The notes: generated by a model from the sequence alone, not told the origin. DNA of 64,000 nt from an uncultured Acidimicrobiaceae bacterium (GCA_963746265.1 CAVVAM010000014.1:592114-656113); one strand, 5' to 3'. Positions 18,214-27,873 are shown, numbered from the stretch's first letter. Numbers and translations: made by a program.

Positions 18214-19410
18214 TCACCCGGCCAACCAGTCGAGCACCAGCGCCGCGGTCCAGGTGAAGTCGTCGGCGCCGAGGCCGTCCCCACTGAGCGGATCGAAGTA
18301 CTCCCGGAAGCCCCGTCGACCGACGAGATCGAGCGTCGGCGCGCGGAGTCGGCCGTCGAGCGGGCCGTCCAGCAGCCAGTTGAGGTTGACCCAGGTCGGG
18401 CCCCGCCAGTACGCGACCCGATCGAACCTCGGATCGCCCGGTGCCGTCGTGGGCAGCGGGAAGGGCACATCGAAGTCACGATCGAGCTCGGCTCGAAGTC
18501 GCTCGGTGATCGACGCCGGGAGCTCGACCAGCAGGGGCAGGTATGCCGACAGCACGTTCGGCCCGAACCGGTGGCCGGACCGGGCGTCGACCACCACGAA
18601 GCGCCCGAGCGCCTCGTCCCAGAGATGCTCGACGAGCGCGTGTCGGCGCCGGTCCCGGCGGTCGCGTGCCGAGCAGGCGATCTCGGGTTCGTCGAGGTCG
18701 TCGGCGAGGAGCGCCAGCTCGCCGTCGGCCCAGGCCGCCAACGCCGAGAAGCCCGGGTCGTACACAGCGAATCCCCCGAAGCCGAAGCCGCTGTCCGCGA
18801 TCTGTGCGACGAGCGACGCGTACCTTGCGTAGTCGTCGTCGGTGGGGCGTTGCGATGGGTCGGCGACGTGGTGCGTATCGACCCGTTCGTACGGGGGCGC
18901 GCCGGTGGGATCGACCGATCGCATGGCGGCATCCCACGCCGGGCTGTTGTCCATTCCGCTCTCCCACGGATGAGCGACGGCGACGAGCCCCCACCCGAGC
19001 GGATCACGGGCGTCGACGAACCACGCATGCGACCGCTCGATCGGAGCGAGGAGCGCCCGAAGGCGCGTCCGATCACCGCCCCGACCGAACACCCGGCGCG
19101 CCGCAGCTGCCCACACCGGCGGCTGGCTGATGCTCGATCGGTCGTCGGTGCCCCAGAACGACGGTCCCGGGAAGTACTCGCCCCGGGGATCGTGGAAACG
19201 GATGTGCGGCACCCGACCATCGGGCCATGCGCCGTCGAGCAGGGTCTCGAGCTCGACGAGCGCCCGGTCCACATCGATCGCACACCAGCCGATCGCGGCG
19301 AAGGCGGAGTCCCAGGCCCATTGGTGCGGATACACATGCCGGGCCGGCACCGTGTACCGGCCACGGTCGTTCGCCCGGAGGACCGCCACAGCGCGCTCCG
19401 CGAGATCCAC
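18214..19410 (-). CDS. GH63 / MGH1-like glucosylglycerate or mannosylglycerate hydrolase
   Basis: YPHQWAWDSAF, HPWESGMDNSP, YWRGPTW and FREYFDP..G.GLGA..FTWTAA. Confidence 0.85.
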   Translation of the reverse strand: MDLAERAVAVLRANDRGRYTVPARHVYPHQWAWDSAFAAIGWCAIDVDRALVELETLLDGAWPDGRVPHIRFHDPRGEYFPGPSFWGTDDRSSISQPPVWAAAARRVFGRGGDRTRLRALLAPIERSHAWFVDARDPLGWGLVAVAHPWESGMDNSPAWDAAMRSVDPTGAPPYERVDTHHVADPSQRPTDDDYARYASLVAQIADSGFGFGGFAVYDPGFSALAAWADGELALLADDLDEPEIACSARDRRDRRRHALVEHLWDEALGRFVVVDARSGHRFGPNVLSAYLPLLVELPASITERLRAELDRDFDVPFPLPTTAPGDPRFDRVAYWRGPTWVNLNWLLDGPLDGRLRAPTLDLVGRRGFREYFDPLSGDGLGADDFTWTAALVLDWLAG

Positions 19411-19459
19411 GCGACGAGCATCGCAGGTCGGACCGCAGCCGCCAGTAGCCTGCGACCCC

Positions 19460-20392
19460 GTGCCGATTCCCACCCCCGTCACTCAGATCGCCCGTGGCTT
19501 CGCGATGGGTGCGGCCGACATCGTTCCCGGCGTGTCGGGCGGCACCGTGGCACTGGTGCTCGGGATCTACGAACGACTGGTTCGCAACATCCACACCGGC
19601 GCCCAGGCGTTGCGGGCGCTGGTCACCGGTGACACAACGGGGTTCCGGACGATGCTGGGCCGGGTCGAGTGGGTGTGGTTGGTGTCGTTGCTGACGGGCG
19701 TGCTGCTCGCCGTCGGTGCACTGTCGTCGGTCCTCGAAACTCTCCTGCACGACCATCCGGTCCGGATGGCAGCGTTGTTCTTCGGCCTCGTGGTGGGGTC
19801 GTTGACGATCGCATGGCGCATGATCCGCTCCGTGGGGACCCGAGAGCTCGCCACGATCGCCGGCGTTGCCGTCGTGCTGTTCCTCGTGCTCGGCCTGAAG
19901 AGCGACACCGAGGTCGCCGAGGGCACGGCCGAGATCGTCACCGAACCGTGGTGGTTGTTCTTCCTGTCGGGTGCGTTGGCGATCTGCGCCATGATCCTGC
20001 CGGGGATCTCCGGGTCGTTCATCCTGGTGTTGATCGGGATGTACACCGAGGTGCTCGGCGCCGTCAACGACCGCGACGTGGTGGCCCTCGGCTCACTGGC
20101 CGCGGGCTGTGTCGTCGGTCTCGCCCTGTTCTCCTCACTCCTGACCTGGGCGCTGGACCACCATCACGATCTCGTGATCGCAGCCATGGTCGGGCTCATG
20201 CTCGGGTCACTGCGGGTGCTCTGGCCGTGGCCGGGTGGGACCAACACCACCGACCTCGCAGTGCCGAGCGGCGACGTCACCGTGCCGATCCTGCTCGCGC
20301 TCGCCGGCGCCGCCGTGGTCATCGCCGTCGAGATGGTGGCCGTGCGCACGAACCACGACCCCGTCCAGATCGCCGACGACGTACCCGCCTGA
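19460..20392 (+). CDS. DUF368 membrane protein
   Basis: GFAMGAADIVPGVSGGTVA and AICAMILPGISGSFILV. Confidence 0.9.
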   Translation: MPIPTPVTQIARGFAMGAADIVPGVSGGTVALVLGIYERLVRNIHTGAQALRALVTGDTTGFRTMLGRVEWVWLVSLLTGVLLAVGALSSVLETLLHDHPVRMAALFFGLVVGSLTIAWRMIRSVGTRELATIAGVAVVLFLVLGLKSDTEVAEGTAEIVTEPWWLFFLSGALAICAMILPGISGSFILVLIGMYTEVLGAVNDRDVVALGSLAAGCVVGLALFSSLLTWALDHHHDLVIAAMVGLMLGSLRVLWPWPGGTNTTDLAVPSGDVTVPILLALAGAAVVIAVEMVAVRTNHDPVQIADDVPA

Positions 20393-20623
20393 CGGCGCGG
20401 GCGACGTCTGCGGACGATCATCGAGCTGGGCCGCGGCGGAGCAGGCGACCTCGCAGTGTGTCGAACGCGACGGGGCGGTGACGACCGTGGCTGGACGTCC
20501 CGAGAGCTCCACGCCGACTTCCTCGCGACCACCGGTGTCACTGCCAGGTCCCGTCGAGCAGCTCGGTGAATCCGGCAGCCGACGCCCCGCCCCTGTCCCA
20601 CGGCGACCACACGACCGCTCCGG

Positions 20624-21397
20624 TCAGCTGCCGAGCAGAGCGGCTGCGCGGCGGGTCACGAACGTCGACACGTCCGGGCCGAGCGTCGGTGATGCCGTGG
20701 CGTTGAGCCGGTAGGCGGGACCGTAGAGGGCGGCGACCGCCACCAGCGAGCCATCGGCGGATCGGATCGGCGCGGCCAAGCCGTTCACGTCAAGATCCAG
20801 TTCCTGGTCGGTCCAGGCGAACCCGTCGGCGCCGATGCGACGGAGGCGATCGCGGACCGCCTCGGGCTCGGTGATCGAGCGCTCCGTCGCGGCAGCGAGG
20901 GGTACCGACAGATACTCGTCGAGCCGCTCCTGCGGCCACTCTGCCATCGCCACCAAGCCGGGCGCCACCACGTGGAAGTCGAACCGTTCGCCCACCGGGT
21001 CCGCAACCTGAACAGCCGCCTCGATGCGAGCGCTGTCGAGGTACACGAACGAGTGGCCGTCGTCGACACCGAGCGCTGCGTTCTCGCCGAACTCGCGCAC
21101 GAGGTCGGTGGTCAACGGACGCAGACGCTCCCGCAGCAGTGACGCCGAGCGCTCGACGCTGGCGGTCAAGGCGGCAAGACCCGCACCGGGCACCGCTGCG
21201 CCGTCGGCGGTCCGTTCGATCATGCCGAGGTCGCCGAGTATGCCGAGCATGCGACCGGTCGTCGATCTCGACAGGCCGCTTCGCCGCGCCAGATCGCGCA
21301 CCCCCACCGGCTCGCCCACGGCCACGACGAGCTGCAGCAGACCGAACGCCCGGTGAACGGGTCCGACGGGCCTTGACGAGCCGGCGACATCGCTCAT
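20624..21397 (-). CDS. IclR family transcriptional regulator
   Basis: VHRAFGLL..GVRDLARRSGLSRSTTGRML HTH, and GLAAPIR..VAVAALYGP effector domain. Confidence 0.9.
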   Translation of the reverse strand: MSDVAGSSRPVGPVHRAFGLLQLVVAVGEPVGVRDLARRSGLSRSTTGRMLGILGDLGMIERTADGAAVPGAGLAALTASVERSASLLRERLRPLTTDLVREFGENAALGVDDGHSFVYLDSARIEAAVQVADPVGERFDFHVVAPGLVAMAEWPQERLDEYLSVPLAAATERSITEPEAVRDRLRRIGADGFAWTDQELDLDVNGLAAPIRSADGSLVAVAALYGPAYRLNATASPTLGPDVSTFVTRRAAALLGS

Positions 21398-21418
21398 ACA
21401 GTGCCAGTGTACGCCCAA

Positions 21419-21443
21419 TAGGACGTCCTAACCAGTAGGACAT
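21419..21443. promoter_or_regulatory. Candidate IclR operator: perfect palindrome TAGGACGTCCTA plus an extra TAGGAC half-site
   Basis: The palindrome is at 21419-21430 and TAGGACAT at 21436-21443, in the 73-bp divergent intergenic region. Confidence 0.6.
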
Positions 21444-21470
21444 CATGGTGGTTTCAGATCGGGGTCGACG

Positions 21471-22664
21471 ATGCCGAACACGACGACGAGCACGCCGAGG
21501 ACGCCCGACTTCATCGACCACCCGTGGGAGCCGCTCGCCTCGGCCGAGGTCCACGACGGATTCGTGGCGCTGACGTGGCCGGACGGCACGACGTTCGAGG
21601 CGTACTCGCTCTGGCTGGCCGAGAACGCAGACGGCTACGGGCTGGAGCCGACCGTACGAGAGTCCACCCTCGAACCCACCGATCTGCCGGATGCCGCCGC
21701 ACTCGTGTCGGCATCGGTCGACCACGATGGTGCGCTCCTGATCGACTGGAACAACCGTTCGGGCGTCAGGGTCCACCCGGGTTGGTTGCGTCACGTGGCC
21801 GATCGACGACACCTGCCCGCCAGCGCGCTGCCGATCGCTGCACCGTGGACGGCGGCCGACTTCGACGAGCCGCCGACGATCGAGGGCTCGTCGATCCTCG
21901 GCGACGATGCGGTGATGGAGCAGTGGTTGGCCGGTCTCGTGCAGCACGGCATCTGCCGGCTCGAGCACACGCCGACCGACCTCGACTTCGTGGGTCGGCT
22001 GGTGGGGAGTGTCGGCCCGATTCGCGACACCAACTTCGGAGCCGTCTGGAGCGTTCGGGCCGACTTCGACCCGAACTCCACCGCCAACACCGGGCTCGAC
22101 CTGGGGCAGCACACCGATCTGCCCACTCGCGAGGTTCCCCCGGGCTTCCAGTTCCTGCACTGCATCGAGAACACCGTCACCGGGGGCTGGTCGAGGATGA
22201 GTGACGGCTGGGCGGTGGTCGATGCGATTCGAACGGAACACCCCGACGAGTACGAGGCGTTGACGACCCTCGACTGGGTGTTCATGAACCGGGCCCCTGA
22301 CGCCGAGCACCGCTGGATCGGACCGATCATCGACCACGGTGCACCGAACCAGCCGCTCACGCTCCGCGCCTTCTATCCCGTCCGCAGCGCGCCCCACATG
22401 GCGGCCGATGACATTCCCCGCGCGTACGAATCGCTCCGGGTCTTCGCCGCGGTCGCTCGCGATCCGCGCTTCCAGATCCGCTATCCGTTCCGGCCGGGGG
22501 ACCTCGTCGGGTTCGACAACCGGAGAATCCTCCACGGTCGCGACGCGTTCGAGGGACGCGGCGCCCGCCACCTGCGGGGCTGTTACACCGACCACGACGA
22601 CCTGTACTCCAAGTTGCGCGTCCTGCGCCGCCCGAGCCACCCATCCAGCGAGGCACACTCATGA
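21471..22664 (+). CDS. Gamma-butyrobetaine dioxygenase-like (TauD/TfdA Fe(II)/2OG) enzyme
   Basis: HTDLPTREVPPGFQFLHC and FDNRRILHGR..RHLRGCY, with a GBBH-like N domain. Confidence 0.85.
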   Translation: MPNTTTSTPRTPDFIDHPWEPLASAEVHDGFVALTWPDGTTFEAYSLWLAENADGYGLEPTVRESTLEPTDLPDAAALVSASVDHDGALLIDWNNRSGVRVHPGWLRHVADRRHLPASALPIAAPWTAADFDEPPTIEGSSILGDDAVMEQWLAGLVQHGICRLEHTPTDLDFVGRLVGSVGPIRDTNFGAVWSVRADFDPNSTANTGLDLGQHTDLPTREVPPGFQFLHCIENTVTGGWSRMSDGWAVVDAIRTEHPDEYEALTTLDWVFMNRAPDAEHRWIGPIIDHGAPNQPLTLRAFYPVRSAPHMAADDIPRAYESLRVFAAVARDPRFQIRYPFRPGDLVGFDNRRILHGRDAFEGRGARHLRGCYTDHDDLYSKLRVLRRPSHPSSEAHS

Positions 22665-23551
22665 GTTCCGTGTTCATCACCTGCGCCGTCACCGGCAGCG
22701 GCGACACCGTCGGCAAGAGCGACAAGGTGCCGTTCACCCCCGAGCAGATCGCGAACGACTGCATCGCAGCGGCCAGAGCCGGTGCGGCGGTCACCCACGT
22801 CCACGTGCGCGACCCGATCAGCGGGGCGCCGGCCCGACAGCCCGACCTCTATGCCGAGGTGGTCGAGCGAGTGCGTGCCTCCGACGTCGACGTCGTGATC
22901 AACCTGACCGCCGGAATGGGTGGCGACCTCACACTGGGTTCGGTCGAGCAACCGCTCCCGCTCGACGAAGCCGGCACCGATCTGGCGGGAGCGACCGAAC
23001 GACTCGAGCACGTTCGGCGGCTCCTGCCCGAGATCTGCACGCTCGACTGCGGCTCGATGAACTTCGGCGAAGGCGACTACGTGATGACCAACACCACGTC
23101 GACACTCAGGGAGATGGCCCGTCAGATCCAGGACCTCGGCGTGCGCCCCGAGATCGAGGTCTTCGACACCGGCCACCTCTGGCAGGCGAAGTCACTCGTC
23201 GACGATGGCCTGATCGACGACCCCGTGATGGTCCAGTTGTGCATGGGCGTGCCGTGGGGCGCGCCGCCCGACATCAACACGTTCATGGCGTTGGTCAACA
23301 ACATCCCGGACGACTGGACGTTCAGCGCCTTCGGCATCGGGCGCAAGCAGCTCGAATACGTCGCACTCGCCACGATCGCGGGTGGCAACGTGCGGGTCGG
23401 TCTGGAGGACAACCTCTACCTCGGTCGCGGCCAACTGGCCAGCAATGCCGATCTCGTCACGCGTGCGGTCGAGATCATCGAGCGAATCGGACACACGGTC
23501 ATGGGTCCCGATGAGGTGCGCGCCGAGCTGAAGCTGACGAAGCGTGGGTGA
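22661..23551 (+). CDS. cdhC: Beta-keto acid cleavage enzyme (3-dehydrocarnitine cleavage, CdhC-like)
   Basis: FITCAVTGSG, THVHVRDP, TLDCGSMNFG, PEIEVFDTGH and VRVGLEDNLY. Confidence 0.85.
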   Translation: MSSVFITCAVTGSGDTVGKSDKVPFTPEQIANDCIAAARAGAAVTHVHVRDPISGAPARQPDLYAEVVERVRASDVDVVINLTAGMGGDLTLGSVEQPLPLDEAGTDLAGATERLEHVRRLLPEICTLDCGSMNFGEGDYVMTNTTSTLREMARQIQDLGVRPEIEVFDTGHLWQAKSLVDDGLIDDPVMVQLCMGVPWGAPPDINTFMALVNNIPDDWTFSAFGIGRKQLEYVALATIAGGNVRVGLEDNLYLGRGQLASNADLVTRAVEIIERIGHTVMGPDEVRAELKLTKRG

Positions 23552-24530
23552 TCCGGCGCTGCGACATGTGGCCGCGATCGGTTGCGGAGTGATCGGCGCG
23601 GGGTGGGTCGCCCGCTTCCGGCTGAACGGCGTCGACGTCACCGCGTTCGACCCGTCGCCCGATGCCCGACGGATCATCGACGCCGTGCACGACAACGCGC
23701 TGCTGGCCTGGCGTGAGCTCGACCTCGAACCACGGCGCGACTCGATCGGATCGCTGAGGATGTGCGACACGATCCCCGACGCGGTCGCGGACGCGCAGTT
23801 CGTTGTCGAGAGCGTGCCCGAGCGGCTCGACGCCAAGCATGCGACCCTCGCCGCGATCGATGCCGTCGCATCACCCGAGGCACTGATCGCGTCGTCGACG
23901 TCGGGGTTCCGACCCACGGTGCTCGCCGAACCGCTCGGACGCCCCGAGCGGCTGATCGTCGGACACCCGTTCAACCCCGTCTATCTTCTCCCGCTGGTCG
24001 AGGTCGTCGCCGGCGAGCGTACCGACGAATCGACCGTCGAACGGGCGGTCGATTGGTACCGCACCCTCGGCATGCACCCGCTCCGCGTCCGAGCCGAGAT
24101 CGACGCCCACATCGCCGACCGGCTGATGGAGGCAGTGTGGCGCGAAGCACTGTGGCTGATCGACGACGGCATCGCCACCACCGAGGAGATCGACGACGCC
24201 ATCCGCTACGGCTTCGGCCTGCGATGGGCCCAGATGGGAGTGTTCGAGACCTACCGGATCGCCGGGGGCGAGGGCGGCATGCGGCACTTCATCAGCCAAT
24301 TCGGGGAATGCCTCTCGTGGCCGTGGACGAAGCTGATGGATGTCCCCGAACTCGACGACGCCCTGATCGACACGATCGCCGCCCAGTCCGACGCCCAGTC
24401 GGGCGGGCGCGACGTCCGCGAGCTCGAACGTCTCCGTGACCGTAACGTCGCCGGCATGCTCCTCGCGCTCGAACGAAACGAGTGGGGCGCCGGCGCGACC
24501 GTCGCTGCGATGCGAGCGCGGCGTGAGTGA
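23544..24530 (+). CDS. lcdH: L-carnitine 3-dehydrogenase (3-hydroxyacyl-CoA dehydrogenase family)
   Basis: GCGVIGAGWVARF, ESVPERLD, SSTSG, HPFNPVYLLPLVEV and GLRWAQMG; no fused thioesterase. Confidence 0.87.
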   Translation: MGDPALRHVAAIGCGVIGAGWVARFRLNGVDVTAFDPSPDARRIIDAVHDNALLAWRELDLEPRRDSIGSLRMCDTIPDAVADAQFVVESVPERLDAKHATLAAIDAVASPEALIASSTSGFRPTVLAEPLGRPERLIVGHPFNPVYLLPLVEVVAGERTDESTVERAVDWYRTLGMHPLRVRAEIDAHIADRLMEAVWREALWLIDDGIATTEEIDDAIRYGFGLRWAQMGVFETYRIAGGEGGMRHFISQFGECLSWPWTKLMDVPELDDALIDTIAAQSDAQSGGRDVRELERLRDRNVAGMLLALERNEWGAGATVAAMRARRE

Positions 24531-24536
24531 GACTGA

Positions 24537-25332
24537 TCAGCGGTAGAGGTCGCCGCTCAGATACTTGAGCCCGGAATCGGGCTGCAGCGTCACGACCGTG
24601 TGACCAGGGCCCAGTGCACGAGCCAGGCGAGCGGCCGCCAAGATGCTGGCCCCACCACTGGGACCCGTCCAGACGCCCTCGGTCCTCGCGAGTTCGCGGG
24701 CGGACTCGAAGGCGTCGGCCGTGCTGACGTCGTCGAGCCGGTCGTAGCTGTCCGGTGTGATGAGGGGCGGAACGAAGCCGACGCCGCCGACACCGACGTA
24801 CACCGCGAGGCCGTGGATCTCGCCATCGATCTGTCGGACCAGTTCGCGACCGATGTCGAGGTAGCCGTCGAGCGTGTCGAGGTTGTCGAACTGATCGGTC
24901 GGGACGCACCCTCGGCCGCCACGATCTCGGCCGCCCGCTCCTGCATTGCCGGGACCAGCCCCGGATGGATGCCGTCGTCGCTGTGGATGATCTCCAGATC
25001 GGCTCCGAACACGCGCATCGTCTGGAGCTTCTCGTCGGCGGACACGTCGGAGGTGACGATGCGCAGCGGGTATCCCTCGAGACTGCACACGAAGGCGAGC
25101 GAACTGCCGGTCGAACCCCTGTGTACTCCACGACCGTCTGACCGGGCTGCAACTCACCGCGCCGCTCGGCCCCCTCGATCATGGCCAACGCCATTCGATC
25201 CTTGTACGAACCCGTCGGATTGGCGGCTTCCAGCTCGACCCACACGTCGGCGTCACCCGGCCCCGGGAACCTGGACAGCCTGACGACCGGAGTGTTGCGG
25301 ATCCCGGCCAGGGCCCCCGAACGATCACTCAT
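24537..25332 (-). pseudogene. Cysteine synthase / PLP beta-family gene with two frameshifts and an internal deletion
   Basis: NPTGSYKDRMA, then three reading frames (shifts at about 25116-25119 and 24901-24904). VGVGG is joined directly to VGFVP. Confidence 0.85.
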
Positions 25333-25608
25333 ACGGCAATGTACGCGGCGAGTCCGACGTCGATCAGACCCGCGACATCGGCCCGCGCCCGTCAGGCGGC
25401 AACCCCGAACGTCCTTCCCGAGCCCGGCCGTCAGCGAGCGCGATACGGTCCGGCACGCTGGCGCCGTTGGCCGGTCGGTACGCCGCGTGGTTCGACCAGC
25501 AGGAGCGTCGCGACATGCGGGAGGCGATGCCCGACGCGCCGACGATGTTCCGAGGCCGACGCACCGACCGACTCGCCGGTCTGACGAGGCACCGGCCAGG
25601 CTGGGCGG

Positions 25609-27873
25609 ATGACGTCGCCCCTCGGATCACGCACCGCCCACCGCACCTGCCCGCTGTGCGAGGCGGGCTGTGGGCTGGAGGTCAGCCTCGAACTCACCCC
25701 GGCCGGTGAACGCGTCAAGCGCATCCGGGGTGACCGCGATGACGTCTTCTCACACGGATACCTGTGTCCGAAGGGCACCACGTTGGGCGCCCTCCACGAG
25801 GACCCCGACTGGCTGCGCCGACCCGTCGTGAAGAGGGACGGCGAGTTCGTCGAGATCGACTGGGACGAGGCGTTCGCGACGATCGCAGCCGGCTTGTTGC
25901 CGATCCTCGACGAGCACGGTCGTGACTCGAGCGCGATCTACCTCGGCAACCCGGGCGCGCACAGCCTCGCCCCGCTGCTGTACAACCGAACGCTGATCAA
26001 GGCGCTCGGCACCCGCAACCGGTTCTCGGCATCGACCGTCGACCAGCGCCCCAAGGAGATGTCCGCCGGAATGATGTTCGGATCGGTCACGGTGCCCGTT
26101 CCCGACCTCGACCGGACCGACCTCGTGGTGCTGCTCGGCGCGAACCCGTACGCCTCGAACGGTTCGTTGTGTACGGCACCCGACTTCCCCGGTCGGCTGG
26201 AACGGATCCAGGAACGGGGCGGTCGGGTCGTGGTCGTCGATCCACGCCGGAGTGAGACGGCCGAACACGCCGACGAGCACATCGCGATCCGCCCCGGCAC
26301 CGACGCTCACCTGCTCGCGGCGATCGCCCACACGCTGTTGGCCGAGCGCCTGGCGACGCCGGGCCGCCTGCGCGAGCACACGAACGGACTCGACGACCTC
26401 GAACCCGCACTCGCCGAGTTCGACGCCGACCGGGTCGCCGCGAGCTGCGGCATCGACGCGGCCAGGATCCGGCAACTCGCCCGGGACCTTGCGGCGGCTC
26501 CGACCGCTGCGGTCTACGGGCGGATCGGCACCTGCACGCAGGAGTTCGGCACCCTGGCGAGCTGGTTCGTCGACGTCGTCAACCTCCTCACCGGCAACCT
26601 CGACCGCGTCGGTGGGGCGATGTTCGCGACCGGTGCCGCCGGACAACCGTCGACGAAGGGCCGGCCGGGTTCGGGCCGGGGCATGCGCTTCGGACGAGCC
26701 CACAGCCGCGTCACCGGTCGGCCCGAAGCCCTCGGTGAGTTCCCCGTGTCGGCGTTCGCCGAGGAGATCGAGACGCCGGGCCACGGTCGGGTCCGAGCCG
26801 TCGTCACGGTCGGCGGGAACCCGGTCTCGTCGAACCCGAATGCCGAACGACTCGACGCCGCCCTCGCCTCGCTCGAGTTCATGGTGGCAATCGATCCCTA
26901 CATCAACGAGACCACCCGCCACGCCGACGTGATCCTCCCGCCGCCATCGCCGCTCCAGAAGTCGCACTACGACCTCGCCCTGCTGAACTTCGCGGTGAGG
27001 AACACCGCCAACTACTCCCCGGCGGTGCTGCCCCTCGACGAGGGGCAACCCAGTGAGGGCGAGATCATGCTGCGACTCGCCGGACTCCTGTCGGGCGGCG
27101 GCTCGCACCCCGACACCGCCGCGATCGACGAGCAGATCGCACGGTCCGTCGCCGGTGCGGCCGTTCGCGACGAGTACGGGCCCGTGCACGACCGCGACGT
27201 CGACGAACTACTCGATCTCGTCGGTGATCGAACCGGTCCTGAGCGAATCCTCGACATCATGTTGCGCACCGGGCCCTACGGCGACGGCTTCGGTGCCGAC
27301 CCCGACGGGCTCACCCTCGCGAGGCTCGAGGAGGAACCTCACGGCATCGACCTCGGGCCGCTCCAGCCGGACCGCATCCCCGATCTGTTGCGCACCCCGT
27401 CAGGTCGCATCGAAGCGTTCCCCGACGCCATGCAGACCGATCTCGGCCGCCTCACCGCCTCACTCGACCGCGACTGGTCGGCCTCGATGGTGCTCGTCGG
27501 CCGCCGGCACGTCCGCTCGAACAACTCGTGGATGCACAACATCCGAACCCTGACAAAAGGCCGCAACCGGTGCACGATGCAGATCCACCCCGACGACGCC
27601 CACCGATTCGGCCTCTCGGACGGTGCACCGGCCACCGTGACCTCGCGAGTCGGTGAGGTCGCGGTCGACGTCGAGATCACCGACGGCATCCGGCCGGGTG
27701 TCGTCAGCATCCCCCACGGGTTCGGTCAGAACCGCCCGGGTGTGCGGCTGCGCGTCGCCCAGGAGTATCGAGGTGTGAACACGAACGTGCTGACCGACGA
27801 CGAGTTCTTCGACCCGGTCAGCGGCAACATCGCGCTCAACGGCGTGCCCGTCACCGTCGCCCCGGTGCGTTGA
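25609..27873 (+). CDS. Molybdopterin (bis-MGD) oxidoreductase catalytic subunit, MopB/DMSO-reductase family
   Basis: CPLCEAGC...CPKG Fe-S motif, LLGANPYASNGS, VVVDPRRSETA and C-terminal GRRHVRSNNSWMHN..IHPDDA; no Tat signal. Confidence 0.9.
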   Translation: MTSPLGSRTAHRTCPLCEAGCGLEVSLELTPAGERVKRIRGDRDDVFSHGYLCPKGTTLGALHEDPDWLRRPVVKRDGEFVEIDWDEAFATIAAGLLPILDEHGRDSSAIYLGNPGAHSLAPLLYNRTLIKALGTRNRFSASTVDQRPKEMSAGMMFGSVTVPVPDLDRTDLVVLLGANPYASNGSLCTAPDFPGRLERIQERGGRVVVVDPRRSETAEHADEHIAIRPGTDAHLLAAIAHTLLAERLATPGRLREHTNGLDDLEPALAEFDADRVAASCGIDAARIRQLARDLAAAPTAAVYGRIGTCTQEFGTLASWFVDVVNLLTGNLDRVGGAMFATGAAGQPSTKGRPGSGRGMRFGRAHSRVTGRPEALGEFPVSAFAEEIETPGHGRVRAVVTVGGNPVSSNPNAERLDAALASLEFMVAIDPYINETTRHADVILPPPSPLQKSHYDLALLNFAVRNTANYSPAVLPLDEGQPSEGEIMLRLAGLLSGGGSHPDTAAIDEQIARSVAGAAVRDEYGPVHDRDVDELLDLVGDRTGPERILDIMLRTGPYGDGFGADPDGLTLARLEEEPHGIDLGPLQPDRIPDLLRTPSGRIEAFPDAMQTDLGRLTASLDRDWSASMVLVGRRHVRSNNSWMHNIRTLTKGRNRCTMQIHPDDAHRFGLSDGAPATVTSRVGEVAVDVEITDGIRPGVVSIPHGFGQNRPGVRLRVAQEYRGVNTNVLTDDEFFDPVSGNIALNGVPVTVAPVR

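Noticed and set aside
20393-20623. Possible ORF remnant after the DUF368 gene
   Set aside because: No start codon, no recognisable motif and weak codon bias.
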